Assembly (NCBI GenBank): GCA_951406725.2
Contig: OX597816.1
Coordinates: forward strand, 54,684,001-54,748,000
Length of the DNA stretch: 64,000 nt
Origin: Octopus vulgaris
Lineage: Eukaryota
Reading direction: 5' to 3'
Shown here one piece after another: positions 51,826 through 64,000 of the stretch. The notes under the pieces are model-generated. The model was not told the DNA's origin, searched no databases, and worked only from the letters and a program-made list of their open reading frames with translations. A program made the position numbers and the translations under genes. Numbering within the stretch: the stretch's first letter is position 1; each line of letters opens with the position of its first letter.

Positions 51826-52499
51826 TAATAATTATTCTAGTTTTGAAATTTATTGCGATATTTTGTAAATCTCTCCAGTTGAAATACAGAATAATTTGTA
51901 AAATGGGAGTCTTTACAATAAAAACCATTCCCTAAGTACAGAATGTCCACTTCATTTACCTTAGTCTTTTCTTCGCATTGCAATATATTTCTTCACTCAG
52001 CATGGATTCTTCTCGGTCTTTATCTCACACTGGAATATATTTCTCAACCCAAGCTTTTTTTCGTTCTTAGGAATGGATCTGTTAATACATACACTTATTG
52101 ATCTATTGATCACCCTTAATTTTTTACCAGCTGAACTAAAGCGCTCGCGTACAGGTCTATCAATGAACTTATAAGACTTCATTCACTTCTTTAATTCTTT
52201 AATCATGGAATTACATAACGCAGTTACTTCTCATTAGCATTGATAACTATGAATATCCTTAATTAAGTATCTGTCTTTCTGTATCGCTTCCCCTTGATCT
52301 CTCTGATGACGACATATTTGTATCACGTGAATTCGTCACGCATTAACATGACCCACTCGCTCAGGTATTCCATAAACAGCTGTAAGACACTCTGCTTAGG
52401 GACCATAACTGTTTTATACTTCGTATTTTTGTAACTTATTATGAAGTAAATATCCTTGAATAGCACCAGATGTATGTATATAGATAATGTTTGATCTAT

Positions 52500-52765
52500 A
52501 TGATGGCTGCCCCCTCGTTATCGGGTATGGCCATTGCACGAAGCTTAACTGTTATTGGTGCTGTGATCGAATGTGACTTTTTAGCCAATGTCTTGTATAG
52601 AATTGGCAACTAAAACCTTTACCGGTAATAGCCGGCTGTAGTTGTAACTGGGCTTAATGTACTTTTGCATGCCGTTTAAGTCCTCCTGCCGAATTACTAC
52701 ATGCAAACAAAACATACATAAGTGTGGTGGGTGTTCTAATTCCTCAGAAAATACAAAAAGCATTT
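52500..52765 (-). mobile_element. RTE LINE 3' end with two degenerate C2H2 fingers
   Basis: C.NSAGGLKRHAKVH...FSCQF...LKSHIRSQH*; tail homologous to 32625-32714. Confidence 0.7.
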
Positions 52766-53663
52766 TAAGGGATGGAAAATTCTAACTTTGTGAATTATCT
52801 CATTATTCGCCTGTTCGGCAGAAATATATGAAAATTTATACAACATTTCTGTTGACATGTTGAAACATTGAACACTCTTAATGTACCGAGGAAGTGAAAT
52901 ATCTCTTGTACAACACCAAATTTCCCACTAAGTAATTCTTTCCCGATCACTGGCGCGCTTCACTGCCTTGTTGATTATCTGTAAAACAATATGAAGTAAG
53001 TGATTGTAACAAGATGTACAGTAAAAGCCTTATGTTAAATGTCAATATAAATAGCACTAGAGTTCTATAGCCGAGTGGTTGGAGGTTAATAGCATCTCTC
53101 TAGCCACAACAGAAATGTCTAGAAAGTATATGAATTGACAATAAGATCTTTGGCCTCTAAAATCATGACATTGTTTCGGAGTTGTAAGAAATATACAATG
53201 ACGAAGCAGACCATTCTTTTAAAAATGAAAATCAAACATTTTAAGAGCGGGATTGATGAAAGATGCGTAGCGCAAAACAGGAAATCGTGGTGGGAAAACA
53301 ACAGAGAATGAATGACAGATTCGAAGGAATAGCTTTCTGAGCGAATACCAATGTATTCAGTAATACCAGTGTAATCGATTGGAATTGTTGATACGAACTA
53401 CTTTAAAATGTTTGTCATTCTTTACAAATAACGAATGACTCATACGAATAATATCTAACAGAGACTTCTGTATTACCTCTTATTCATTTCTTATTAGGTT
53501 AATAATTGTACTTGAATGCACGATGTCTTTCCACAAAGTCGTTGTTGTGATGCAGCTTAACTGTTGTTTAAAGTGCTGCAGTTTTCACGGCGATTTAAAT
53601 TTAATTTCACTATTTGTGTTGATATATTTTGACACTGAGTTTCATAGGAAATATTTGTAGACA

Positions 53664-53785
<122 letters not shown>

Positions 53786-54259
53786 TATGAGTATGTTTAT
53801 ATATATATATGTAAATTTATATAAATAAGGATAAGATCGTTAATTTAAAAATAAAATTACAATTTTATCAAGTGGTCAGCATGGAAAAATAACCTTTGAA
53901 GGTTATATATATATATATACATATGCATATATACATACATATATGTACGTACCTACATCTATATGTATATATACATGCATATATGGGTACAGGATATAAA
54001 AAAAAAACGTCGAACACAATGAGAAACGAAAACATAAAAACAAAACCATGGAAAAGGACAATTTTTTTAAAACAACGAAAAAACACAGTACAAGACATAC
54101 AACACAAGGAAAATTATCCTTCTTCAGCTGCCTCTGCTTCGTCTACTCCGTGTTTCGAAGGTATTTGTTATTATATGATGGAACGCCACGTATCCACTTT
54201 CAAGTAAGTTTTATCTTACATATACATACACACACACACACATACACACACAAACACAT

Positions 54260-54304
<45 letters not shown>

Positions 54305-54324
54305 ATTAACTGCGGAACTCGAAG

Positions 54325-54865
54325 TGACACAATGAAGCTACACAAAGAAAATAGTCTCAGCGCAACACAACAGCTACCGAGAAAGGCTGAAAGAGTTAAA
54401 ACTCCTCTCTCGAGAACGAACGCGGGAAAGATATATAGCGATATACATCTGGAAAATCCTGGAAGGCCTCGTACCAAAACTTTGCCATCGCAAGTTACGC
54501 AAACAGCAGGGCGAGGCACTACAGTATAATGCCGAAGATCCTAGCGTCGCCATCAAAATGCAGAATCAGATACTGCAACAGCTTCAGTTTCAAGGGCCCA
54601 TAACTCTTTAATATCTTATCAAAATGCCTAAGAGGCCTGCGTGGTGTGGATGTAGGTGTATTCAAAACAAAAGCAGATCGCCTCCTGTCAAGGGTTCAAG
54701 ATGAGCCGAAAGCACAGATGAGGGTAGCAGCCACAATCTTCCTTATTCACCAAATGCCACATATCAGAGGAAGTTCCAAATAATGGTTGTAGCGCAGCCG
54801 ACGGTGGCGCCCCAACATGGCCGCAGCTTTAAAGCTGAAACGATTTAGAGAAATTAAATAAAAAT
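54325..54865 (+). mobile_element. CR1-like LINE 3' fragment with 3'UTR
   Basis: LKELKLLSLE..RERYIAIYIWKILEGLVP, RYCNSFSFKGP.LFNIL, VFK; ends GGTGGCGCCCCAACATGGCCGCAGC..CTGAAAC plus A-rich tail. Confidence 0.85.
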
Positions 54866-54975
54866 ACACACACACACACACACGTATAAAGTATATAGTT
54901 TAATTAGAGCTTGTTATGAACAACAATAACGACAACAACAGCAACAACAACAGCAACAACAACAACAACAATATA

Positions 54976-55540
54976 ATTGCCCTGATGCAGTACCAGACAG
55001 TGGCTCTCATGGCTTCTGATCTTAACTGATTGGAAGTGTTATCATGTACATTGTTTTGTCTTGGTATAAAAGATGGGCTACAACAAATATTCTGCTCAAT
55101 ACCACAGATTTGCTTGTCAGTTGTTTGACCTTAACCAGTTGAGCATGTCCCTTAGTGGCTGACGATATGTGCATCTCTGACCACGAGCAGAAGTAGTGGG
55201 GGAGCATCATAGCCGTGTGTTGAAAGAAATTCTTGGAGGTTTGGATAATTCACCTTTGGAAACATGGGTTGTTCGTTCAACATCCTTAAACAATCTTTAT
55301 TCAGGGACCTTTTGAGCGGGATGGGTTACTCGACCAAACGAAAATTCTAACTGGGCCCCGCATGTGCTGTTTATCTTGATTTGAGATCACCATGTCGCGC
55401 ACATATAGTTGTGATGCATGTGCCTGGTGTACCCTTATCAGACGGGTAGTTATGATGGGTATACTGGGCTTCGTATATTTCACCCCAGTGCCACTTTGAT
55501 GGCATTAACTGCTCTCTAACTCAATAATAATAATAATAAC
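54976..55540 (+). mobile_element. non-coding interspersed element between (AAC)n and (AAT)n
   Basis: ~550-bp higher-GC block with sharp microsatellite boundaries, ending CTCAATAATAAT; no ORF. Confidence 0.5.
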
Positions 55541-55994
55541 AATACCTCACATTAATACAGAAGGAAAATGTAGTGCTCATTGTGAGCTATATGCGAAATA
55601 CTATTATTATGAAGGCAATTCAGTCGAAGACTAACAAAACATAATAGAAATACGCATTCAACATTTATATAAACATATATCCTCTATAAAATGGAAATAA
55701 GATACACAAATATATATAGACAAATATCAATGCCATGCATAAAACACGATTGAATTTAGATAAAAACGATGGAATTTAAGAACATCTAAAATCATATATT
55801 GTATGATGAATTAAAAATTTAACTTACAGACATAATAGTTAAAGACATCATAGTTCTGGAAGGAAAGTGTCACTATAAGAAACATATTTCTTTTTAATGT
55901 TATTATCAGTCGGAATACGCTTGATGCACGTTAGAACTGAGGAAGAAACTACTCGCTGCGTTTTGACACGAAAAATATATCTCTTTTGTTGACT

Positions 55995-56243
55995 GCGCCA
56001 CCTCCCTAGACTGTGAGATGCTAGCATTTCAGGGTAGTTATCTGCTCCTCGGTCACAGACACTAGGAAGACGACGCTTCGGTGAACCGCCGTATAGTACT
56101 ACCAAATACTGTATGGTGACTGGAAAAGCATAAGAGAGCCAATTTCTTCAGTCAGCTCGTTGCATCGTCTGCCTAGTGTCTGTGAACGAAGAAGAGATAA
56201 CTATTCCGAAATGCTAGCATCGAACAGTCTAGATAGGTGGCGC
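55995..56243. repeat. foldback with ~82-bp imperfect inverted arms (MITE core)
   Basis: 55995-56076 vs 56162-56243. Confidence 0.8.
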
Positions 56244-56962
56244 TGCGAGCTGATCTAGATGTATACACACCATTCGTCAACAAACGCAGTGAGTATCTTG
56301 TTCCCCAGTTCGAACGCGCATCAAGCATATTCATTATGATAAATATATCACAGTTTTACTTATCACTGCTTAGCGTTCCCTTCCGTAATATTTCTCTCTT
56401 TTGTCCACCTTTCAAACGTTTCAGAGTATTTTGAAAAGAAGGATTACATTAAGTTGATAAGAGCTACATATCATGGTTTCTTACTTTCTCATAAATCTCT
56501 TTCGGTAATGGACAAGGTATATAGGAAATTGTTTGTAAGAAAGCCCATTGATAGCATTTATTTCATTAAGTGCTAGAACTATATGATGTTATGCCCATAG
56601 TTAAGTTAAATATCTTAAGTTGTCAGAATGAAATACACTAAAGCTCTTATCACCATTCCTTCTCCTGCATGTAAGTCATCTATAACTAAGAAAATTTGTA
56701 AGTATAAGATATACTATTAGAAATACTAACGACTCTATGATTTCACCTATCATTTCGGTAGATGTACATTATAGAGACTACATGATATATTGAAAATATC
56801 GCCGAAAGATAAAAGATGAGATTAATATCCACGATAAGAATATTTCCGGTGACATGATCGTTCTAAGCTAGTGAGTCTGCCGGTGTTTAAAGGTGTAGGG
56901 TTTTTCCATTTATTTATTGTGAGACGTTCGCCCATTTATAAATATTGAAGGCTAATATATAT

Positions 56963-57166
56963 TAGACCCGCGCAGTTGTCGAGTGGTACCCGTGCAAGCG
57001 GAAACGACCACCCGGAAGACCTCCACGCCGGTGGAGTTACGATTTCAGGAGGACGATTGGGATCACATGGATAAGAAAGGCGCGATCCAGAGAGAAGTGG
57101 ACAGCGTGCTGTGACCAGTGGTTTCAAATGGACGCCCGACGGACTGGTCGGTCAAGGTCAAGGTCA
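56963..57166 (+). mobile_element. RTE LINE extreme 3' fragment
   Basis: TRAVVEWYPCKRKRPPGRPPRRWS.DF...W.RKARSREKW; ends (GGTCAA)3. Confidence 0.8.
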
Positions 57167-57589
57167 ATATATATTTATACATAATTATCTATATGTGTGT
57201 ATGTGTTTAATGTATATTTAGAGGCAATTATGCAGATAAACAAATTAGATACGTTAAATATATTCGCCTAATTGCCTCCATATCTGCTCAACTTGATCAC
57301 CCTTACTGCCATACTTTACCCCGTGAAATTTATCCCCGGTAAAGACATCAGGGTCTAAGTTTGGATCACTTGAGCACAAGTAAGTCTTCTACATGGATAT
57401 CATCAGATGATTATAGATATGTACATCGTGTCACGCAGCATACTGCGTTGTTTCGCTGTTTTATTGTTTCGTCAAATTGCCTAGTTTGTCCTGATACGCT
57501 CCGTCGAATAACCCCATCGGAAGGTGTGACTATGTTCGAATAAACTGTGATATAGGCATGGATCAATTTAAAGGATTACATAAATAGAT

Positions 57590-57803
57590 AAATGCTTCCA
57601 GCCATGCCAGTCTCAGTGGAGTACATATTTCCCACCTGATGGGACGTCGGTCCGTCGCAGGGTTGCACATTATTGTCAGCTGAGTGGGCTGGAGCAACGT
57701 GAGATGAAGTGTTTTGTTCAAGAACACAATGCATCGCCCGGTCTAGGAATCGAAACCACAATCTTACGATCACGAGTGGAACAACCCTAACCACGCCTCC
57801 ACT
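57590..57803 (-). mobile_element. SINE with family C-like head, CORE-like middle and a fourth tail
   Basis: Minus TGGAGGCGTGGTTAGGG..GGTTTCGATTCCTAGACCGGGCG; tail AACCCTGCGACGGAC..CGTCCCATC. Confidence 0.65.
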
Positions 57804-57821
57804 TCTAGATTACATTCACTT

Positions 57822-58230
57822 TCTCTTTTCTCTTTTACTTGTTTCAATCATTTGACTGCGGCCATGCTGGAGCACCGCCTTTAATCGAGCAACTCGACCC
57901 CGGGACTTATTCTTTGTAAGCCCAGTACTTATTCTATCGGTCTCTTTTTTGCCGAACCGCTAAGTGACGGGGACATAAACACGCCAGCATCGGTTGTCAA
58001 GCAATGCTAGGGGGACAAACACAGACACACAAACATATACATATATATATATATATATACATATATACGACAGGCTTCTTTCAGTTTCCGTCTACCAAAT
58101 CCACTCACAAGGCATTGGTCGGCCCGGGGCTATAGCAGAAGACACTTGCCCAAGATGCCACGCAGTGGGACTGAACCCGGAACCATGTGGTTGGTTAGCA
58201 AGCTACTTACCACACAGCCACTCCTGCGCC
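57822..58230 (-). mobile_element. SINE family A, complete copy
   Basis: Minus GGCGCAGGAGTGGCTGTGTGGT (A-box), GGTTCAGTCCC (B-box), TTGGGCAAGTG (CORE-like), internal (TA)n and LINE-like tail. Confidence 0.9.
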
Positions 58231-58750
58231 TATGCTAGTATGTAAACCAAAAGTAAAAGTATAAGGAAGGTTATCGGTACATAAATGGACTTCGTATAAC
58301 TGACTTATATATGGGAGAGTGCAAGCTGAAAGCGATTCGATTTCTATTTCTAACAAGCCGAGCACGGAACACACACAGATACCCAACAACTGGACGTACC
58401 ATACTTGAATCTAACACATGAATAACGTATGTGAATATCCTATGTGAATATCTCATGTGAATATTCTGTGCACCACGATATTTCGACCTTTAAGAATATC
58501 AAAGTAACATTTAAAAACCACTGACAGTACATAACTAATAGAAAATGTTAAAGGACAACATATAAAAGCGTAACGCTTTCGATGCACTTTGAAATTTAGC
58601 AGATGTTTCACATTCTATGCAAAAGGGGCAATAATGAAATCCAGCAAAAAATACTTAAAATTATTCTTAGCGGAAAGAATTATATGATATCATGTATAGA
58701 AATTTGTATAACGGTATCTGTTTGTCTGTCTGTTGCCTGTCTGTCTCTGA

Positions 58751-58914
<164 letters not shown>

Positions 58915-59168
58915 AAAACTTTTTTATGTCCTTAACATGTCCCTGTTACCAAAGACTGTATATATGTAATATAGCAATTTGTAACAACCAATGTTTAACG
59001 CAATCAAACTTCTACATGTTACTTTTGACAATCTTTTTCCAAAGAGTGAAGCCGGTAAAGTAAATAAACATCATTTAATTTGCATTTTCAAACCTTCTTT
59101 CGTATATAAATATACATATATATTTGTGCGTGTGTGTGTGTGTGTGTGTACATGTGTGTATGCGTGTA

Positions 59169-59224
<56 letters not shown>

Positions 59225-59235
59225 TGTGTGTGTGT

Positions 59236-59575
59236 ATTGGATTCTCACGTCGTTGAAGTCGACTTTACTCAAATATTTGAACTGAGGAAAATCAGGACTG
59301 ACACCTGGTTCTGTATTCTGATGCTTTGCTTTCCCAGAAAGAAAAGGGAATGCTGCATTGCTTCAGATGGTCTTTTAGTTTGTCTTTGAAGCACAAGAGT
59401 GGCCTTCAAACTGACCTTTCTGTTGGGAATTGACCCAAGAGAAGTTGATTTGGATTTCTGATGCCACTCATACGTGATGCATGATCTGACTATCTTTTGG
59501 TGAGGATGGTTTCAATACCTGATAGGAATTTTGTTAGCACTTCACTGTTACTTATATGGTCACTCGGAGATATTA
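59236..59575 (-). mobile_element. RTE (BovB-like) RT C-terminal relic
   Basis: DHISNSEVL..IETIL..H.SRM...R.PNQLLLGQ...RPLLCFKDKLKD.LK.C.I....WE. Confidence 0.75.
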
Positions 59576-60774
59576 CTTGCATAAATATACATGTGTGTGT
59601 GTGTGTGTGTGTGTATACGCACACACACGTACATTATTTTCTAAATCCAAATGCATGCAAATGCAAAATCATAACTAATGCATGTTCGTTTGTGTGTATA
59701 TATGTAAGTAAATGTATGCCTGTGCTCTCACACACACATACACATATATTTACATATATATCTGTACGTATACATATATATGTACACATATGCATCGCTC
59801 TCTCTGTATGCAAACACAATATATATATATATATGTGTGTGTGTGCGTGTGTGTGTGTGTGTAATATGCATGCATACAAACATTCATATGCACACATATA
59901 CATACGCAAGTGCACTTGGTAATACAGATGGAAGCACAGGTATACTCAAACATACGCATGCGCACATACACCACCATAATGTGTAAACTTGATAGAAATT
60001 CACGGGAAATTTATTACAGTTAAAAAGAAACGAGAGAAAATATCTTTTTTTTTTAATTCATTTTTGACATTAACCATTGTTTGCCTCGTCGCTAATGTCT
60101 CCATTTGTGCCTTATATTAATTTCTCAAAATCATCATATTTCTTCTGTTCTGCCGCTCATATTACCTCTGTTCTGTGAGAACGAGTTTTATATTTTGTCC
60201 ATCTTCACATTTTACACACAACATTTATCCCCCCTCCCACGTAGCCCCCCCTCCCCACCTGATTTTGTTATTTGGTTTTTGCCTAATGCATTTTTTCTAA
60301 TGACCTATTAAATTTAATAGGTTTTCGCGGTTTATTTGTAATCTTCTTTTGTCGCCGGTGGAATGGGATTGGGGTTCTTTGTGATATACTCGAGAAACAC
60401 GCAAAGATATTGAATACAGTAGAATAATAGAAACCTACAGACTTTCATTCCTTCTTATATTTTTCATTTGTAATCCATTTTCCCCTTTATAGATTTAAAA
60501 ACAGTCTTATGGTTGGCTAGTGGAAGTATTCCACAGAGACTAAGTTCCACAGAGACGAAGGTATTGTAAAGTCCCTTCTTCGTTGTCTTGTTGAGTAAGA
60601 AACACAAACAAGTTTCTAAAATGTTGCTATTTGGGTGACATTTTCAGAGCCAAGATAACCTTAGAATATATTCTTTTTTAAGTACTTTTCTAACTCTACA
60701 CTCAAGGAAACACGCCCGCAGATATATAGACATGTGTGTATGTGTGGACGAGGGTGCTTGTACTGAGTTATGTA

Positions 60775-60875
<101 letters not shown>

Positions 60876-62482
60876 ATATTATTCCCCACAAAAGTTACTC
60901 ATTTTTTTTATCGTAAGATACAGCAATTTTGAGAATAATTGCCGGGGATAAAACATATCTGGTTACGAATTCTAGTTACTATATCTTTCATCATTGTTTC
61001 ATATAAATATTAGTTTATTTAAAGGATATGAAAAGATAGGCAAAATGAAAGAAAAATGCCTCTCTTCCTACAAATTAGGCAATTTCCATGGCTAGGTTGT
61101 ATTTTTATCCCTAACACATATCACCGATACCTTCACATAAGATATCAAACACTTTAATATTCATCTCACTTGTTTTACTCGTCACGGTGACTCATTATTC
61201 ACGTTAAAAAATTCTTCTTTTTCTGGTCGCAAATATTTTACTATTGACTTTCTACAGACGATCGTCTTCTCCGAATATATATATATTTCCCTTGATAGTA
61301 GTATTATGTATATATATGAGTCTTTACTTCTAAGGTACGCATAAAGAAATTTCAAATAAATAATCTAAACTCTTGCAATTCAAGTAAAGTTTATAGAAAG
61401 TATATAAAATACTTGTAAATCCAAACTGGTCTGAGACCGTCTTAAATATGGCAACGTTATGTCTGGTACTAAACCTATTGTGTAAAGAATTGTTTGATGA
61501 TAATATTCAGAAATATGATAAATATATTCAGAATTGATTTGTCTTTTATATTTCAGCTTTATTTATGCTTTATTTACATATTTTCTTAAAAGTCAATAAA
61601 ACTTTACTGAAATTGAATATAAATTCATGTGTACAGAATGACGCTATTTCTAAATAAACATATTTCAAACAATATTTTTTTATGAAGTTGAACGTGTTTT
61701 TAATATGAACATATTTTGCTATCTTCCTAACTTTGATTATATTATAATTTTGGTTAGTAATAAATAAAACAACTTGAGTACTTCTTTTATAACTTCAGTT
61801 TTGTTTTATTCTTTCCACTTATCTCTGTGAACATAGTTGCAAGTGGACCTAGACACCAGTTTCTTGCGCTAAATCACTGCTCTCATAAGCTGGCTATTCC
61901 TGTTAACATTTAAGGTGAGGTATGTTGTGTGACAGAAAATAGAGTTATACCAGTAAGGAAAATAGAAAATTGCTTTCGTTTTGTAACTGTTGAAGTAGCA
62001 TTACACAAGTAATTCTCTTTTCCTTGATGACAAAATAATCTCTATTCAAAGACGTTATTTAGTCCAAATTTCTTCTTGATGGTCATCTATGAGATTCATA
62101 TACGTAAAGAACTTTTTGTTCTTTCTCGTACAGAATATTTGTTCCATTTAAAAAGAACCAATCAAAAAGATTAGCAAGATTAGCAAGATTAGTTTGTTAA
62201 TTGTTCATCAAATTCATTAATATCGAGCACATTATGCCCAAAGTTGGTCTTCATAGATTACAGTGAGGGAACATTTCTGAAACAAAATTGCGTTGCTTTT
62301 TACAACTAGCCTTGCCTAGTGAGTTCAGAAATGCCCACATAATTTTTTCTATCACGTCAAATATTTTGTTTCTAAGGAATTCATTATTTCCATAAAAATG
62401 TCGCGTTTGTCATTAAATACAATACTGAAATAAGAAACTAAAACGCAAATCAAATAGTATTTTTTATTGTTTAAAAATTATA

Positions 62483-62764
62483 GGACAAGAGATGTACCTG
62501 CATAGCAAGTGATTTGATCTGAGATCGTGTGCTGAAACGAAAACAATTGCAGCATGGAAGGTATTTGTAAGCTATTTAAGAAACACACAAAAGCCGTTCG
62601 ATTCACTTCAACATTTAAATTTAATTTGTCAAAATATTTTGGTCACTGACAGTGAACAGGTCGCGGTCTTAAAGCGACCAAAATATTTTGACAAATTAAA
62701 CTTAAATGTTGAAGTGAATCGAACGGCTTTTGTGTGTTTCTTAAATGGCTTACAAACACCTTCC
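62483..62764. mobile_element. foldback insertion (likely inverted PLE pLTR pair) with 7-bp TSD
   Basis: Arms 62555-62644 and 62676-62765; AATTATA at 62476-62482 and 62765-62771. Confidence 0.7.
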
Positions 62765-63345
62765 AATTATATGACACAAAATTATTAATTACACAACTTA
62801 GATATTTCTGTCAAACTGGAGTTTCAGCTACTCAAAGGATGAACGTTCTCTTTGTTGCTGTGTGTGAATAATTTGCACTACGACACTTTCTTTGCAGAGA
62901 GCAGCAGTAGTCACCCATCATGTTTGTGTTCTGCCTGCGTTGATACCTAGTCTCCATGCTTTTGATATCTTGATGAAATCCTTCATGTTGCTCAACTCTC
63001 ATTGTTCCAAGATTTTCAGAAATATAGTCGAGATGACAGTGCAGGACATTGACTTTTATACGCATGATGCAACGCAATGCTCGAAATTTGGTTGAGTCTG
63101 TACAAATTCAGCGTAATTTGACTTCTTGTTTCCTAAGAAATCAGATACAACGGTAGCAGAAACATTCCATGTTTCTTCTTCAGTGCGAGATATGGTCTCC
63201 AAGATCTGCAACAACCACCTAACCTGTGGCCCGTCAAACACACCAACCTTAATTTTCTCACAAGGCAAGACCGGAAACTTTCTGCTTAGGAACTTAAAGC
63301 AGTCACCATCCTAGTCGAAGACTGATATGCAATGGGGGAAGCAAA

Positions 63346-63444
63346 AGCTTCCTGGGATCAACCAGCTTCCTGGGATCAACCAGCTTCCTGGGATCAACCA
63401 GCTTCCTGGGATCAACCAGCTTCCTGGGATCAACCAGCTTCCTG
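63346..63444. repeat. 18-bp minisatellite (AGCTTCCTGGGATCAACC), ~5.5 copies
   Basis: Near-perfect copies; encodes (KLVDPR)n in the transposase frame. Confidence 0.95.
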
Positions 63445-64000
63445 TCTAAAACATTTTCTCTCCAGTTTTGAATCCCCTTCTGTCTGGTCATATTTTTCTT
63501 ATCCCTGGGTCACTTCTTGTTCGACTATCCCAATGACACAGAAACCAATGACTCGTAGTAAAACCATATTGTAAACTAAGAAGCAATCCAATGATTTTCA
63601 AGTCTCCACATATCGTCCATTTGTGCTTCTCCTACCTCATCTTTTCAAGCACTATTTTCATGCAACAGACGTTTTTATTTAGCATCACTAAGGAAGCAAA
63701 CACATTGCCGTTAAGTAGATTTTCAACTGTTTTATGAGAAGCCTTCAGTCTTCTGAATAGTATTCACATTCCATGGCAGCCACCAGTCCAGTCCGTTAAC
63801 ATCATTGCAATAAACAAATTCCTCATTTATGCTGAAGAACCATTCTTTTGATGCCTATAAAAGGTGAACTTGGTTCCCGGTGCAAACGGGTTCTTTTCTT
63901 TTTAAACGTGATCCAATCTTGATCACGGACTAAATCATTTAACTTTGCCTGTGTAGAAACGTTTTGGCAGGGCCTCCTGTCCCGCAGTTCCAGGTTACCA

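Larger units (their letters stand above)
62257..64000 (-). mobile_element. decayed DNA transposon, Chapaev3-like transposase
   Basis: ICGDLK, LLPPLHI.L, EKIKVGVFDGPQVR, DFLGNKK, IKV..LHCHLDY..ENLG...EQ.E.FHQDIK.ME.RYQ.R...MMGDYC. Superfamily name is from memory. Confidence 0.7.

Noticed and set aside
54105-54165. Hammerhead in minus-strand CCTTCGAAAC...CTGAAGAAGG; similar hints at ~1630, ~5690, ~43505 and ~45745
   Set aside because: Core fragments are present, but stems and spacing cannot be assembled into a valid fold.
63346-63444. CRISPR-like array
   Set aside because: Contiguous repeats without spacers, eukaryotic context, no cas genes.

Overview
AT-rich eukaryotic DNA saturated with (AT)n/(AC)n/(AAT)n microsatellites. 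The repeat style suggests an octopus or other coleoid cephalopod (inference from recalled SINE families, not searched). I see no intact host gene. The only host-type coding sequence is a disabled carbohydrate-sulfotransferase (CHST-like) exon at ~50.2-51.2 kb (minus). Most of the ORF track is microsatellite noise. The rest is mobile DNA: three tRNA-derived SINE families, Penelope-like elements (PLEs) with hammerhead ribozymes, CR1-like, RTE and R4/Dong-like LINE relics, a Gypsy pol relic, a non-autonomous Helitron, mariner, Tigger-like and Chapaev3-like DNA transposon pieces, and MITE/foldbacks. Highlights: (1) a 2.2-kb TSD-flanked retroposon encoding only an ORF1/zinc-knuckle protein, inserted in a SINE tRNA head; (2) a young Naiad-like PLE with ~1.5-kb inverted, microsatellite-laden pLTR arms, each carrying a type I hammerhead; (3) one SINE head joined to several different tails, with two SINE tails matching LINE 3' ends in this same window; (4) a stack of R4/Dong-like elements in (TAA)n. 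Coordinates of decayed elements are approximate, and family names come from motif recognition only.
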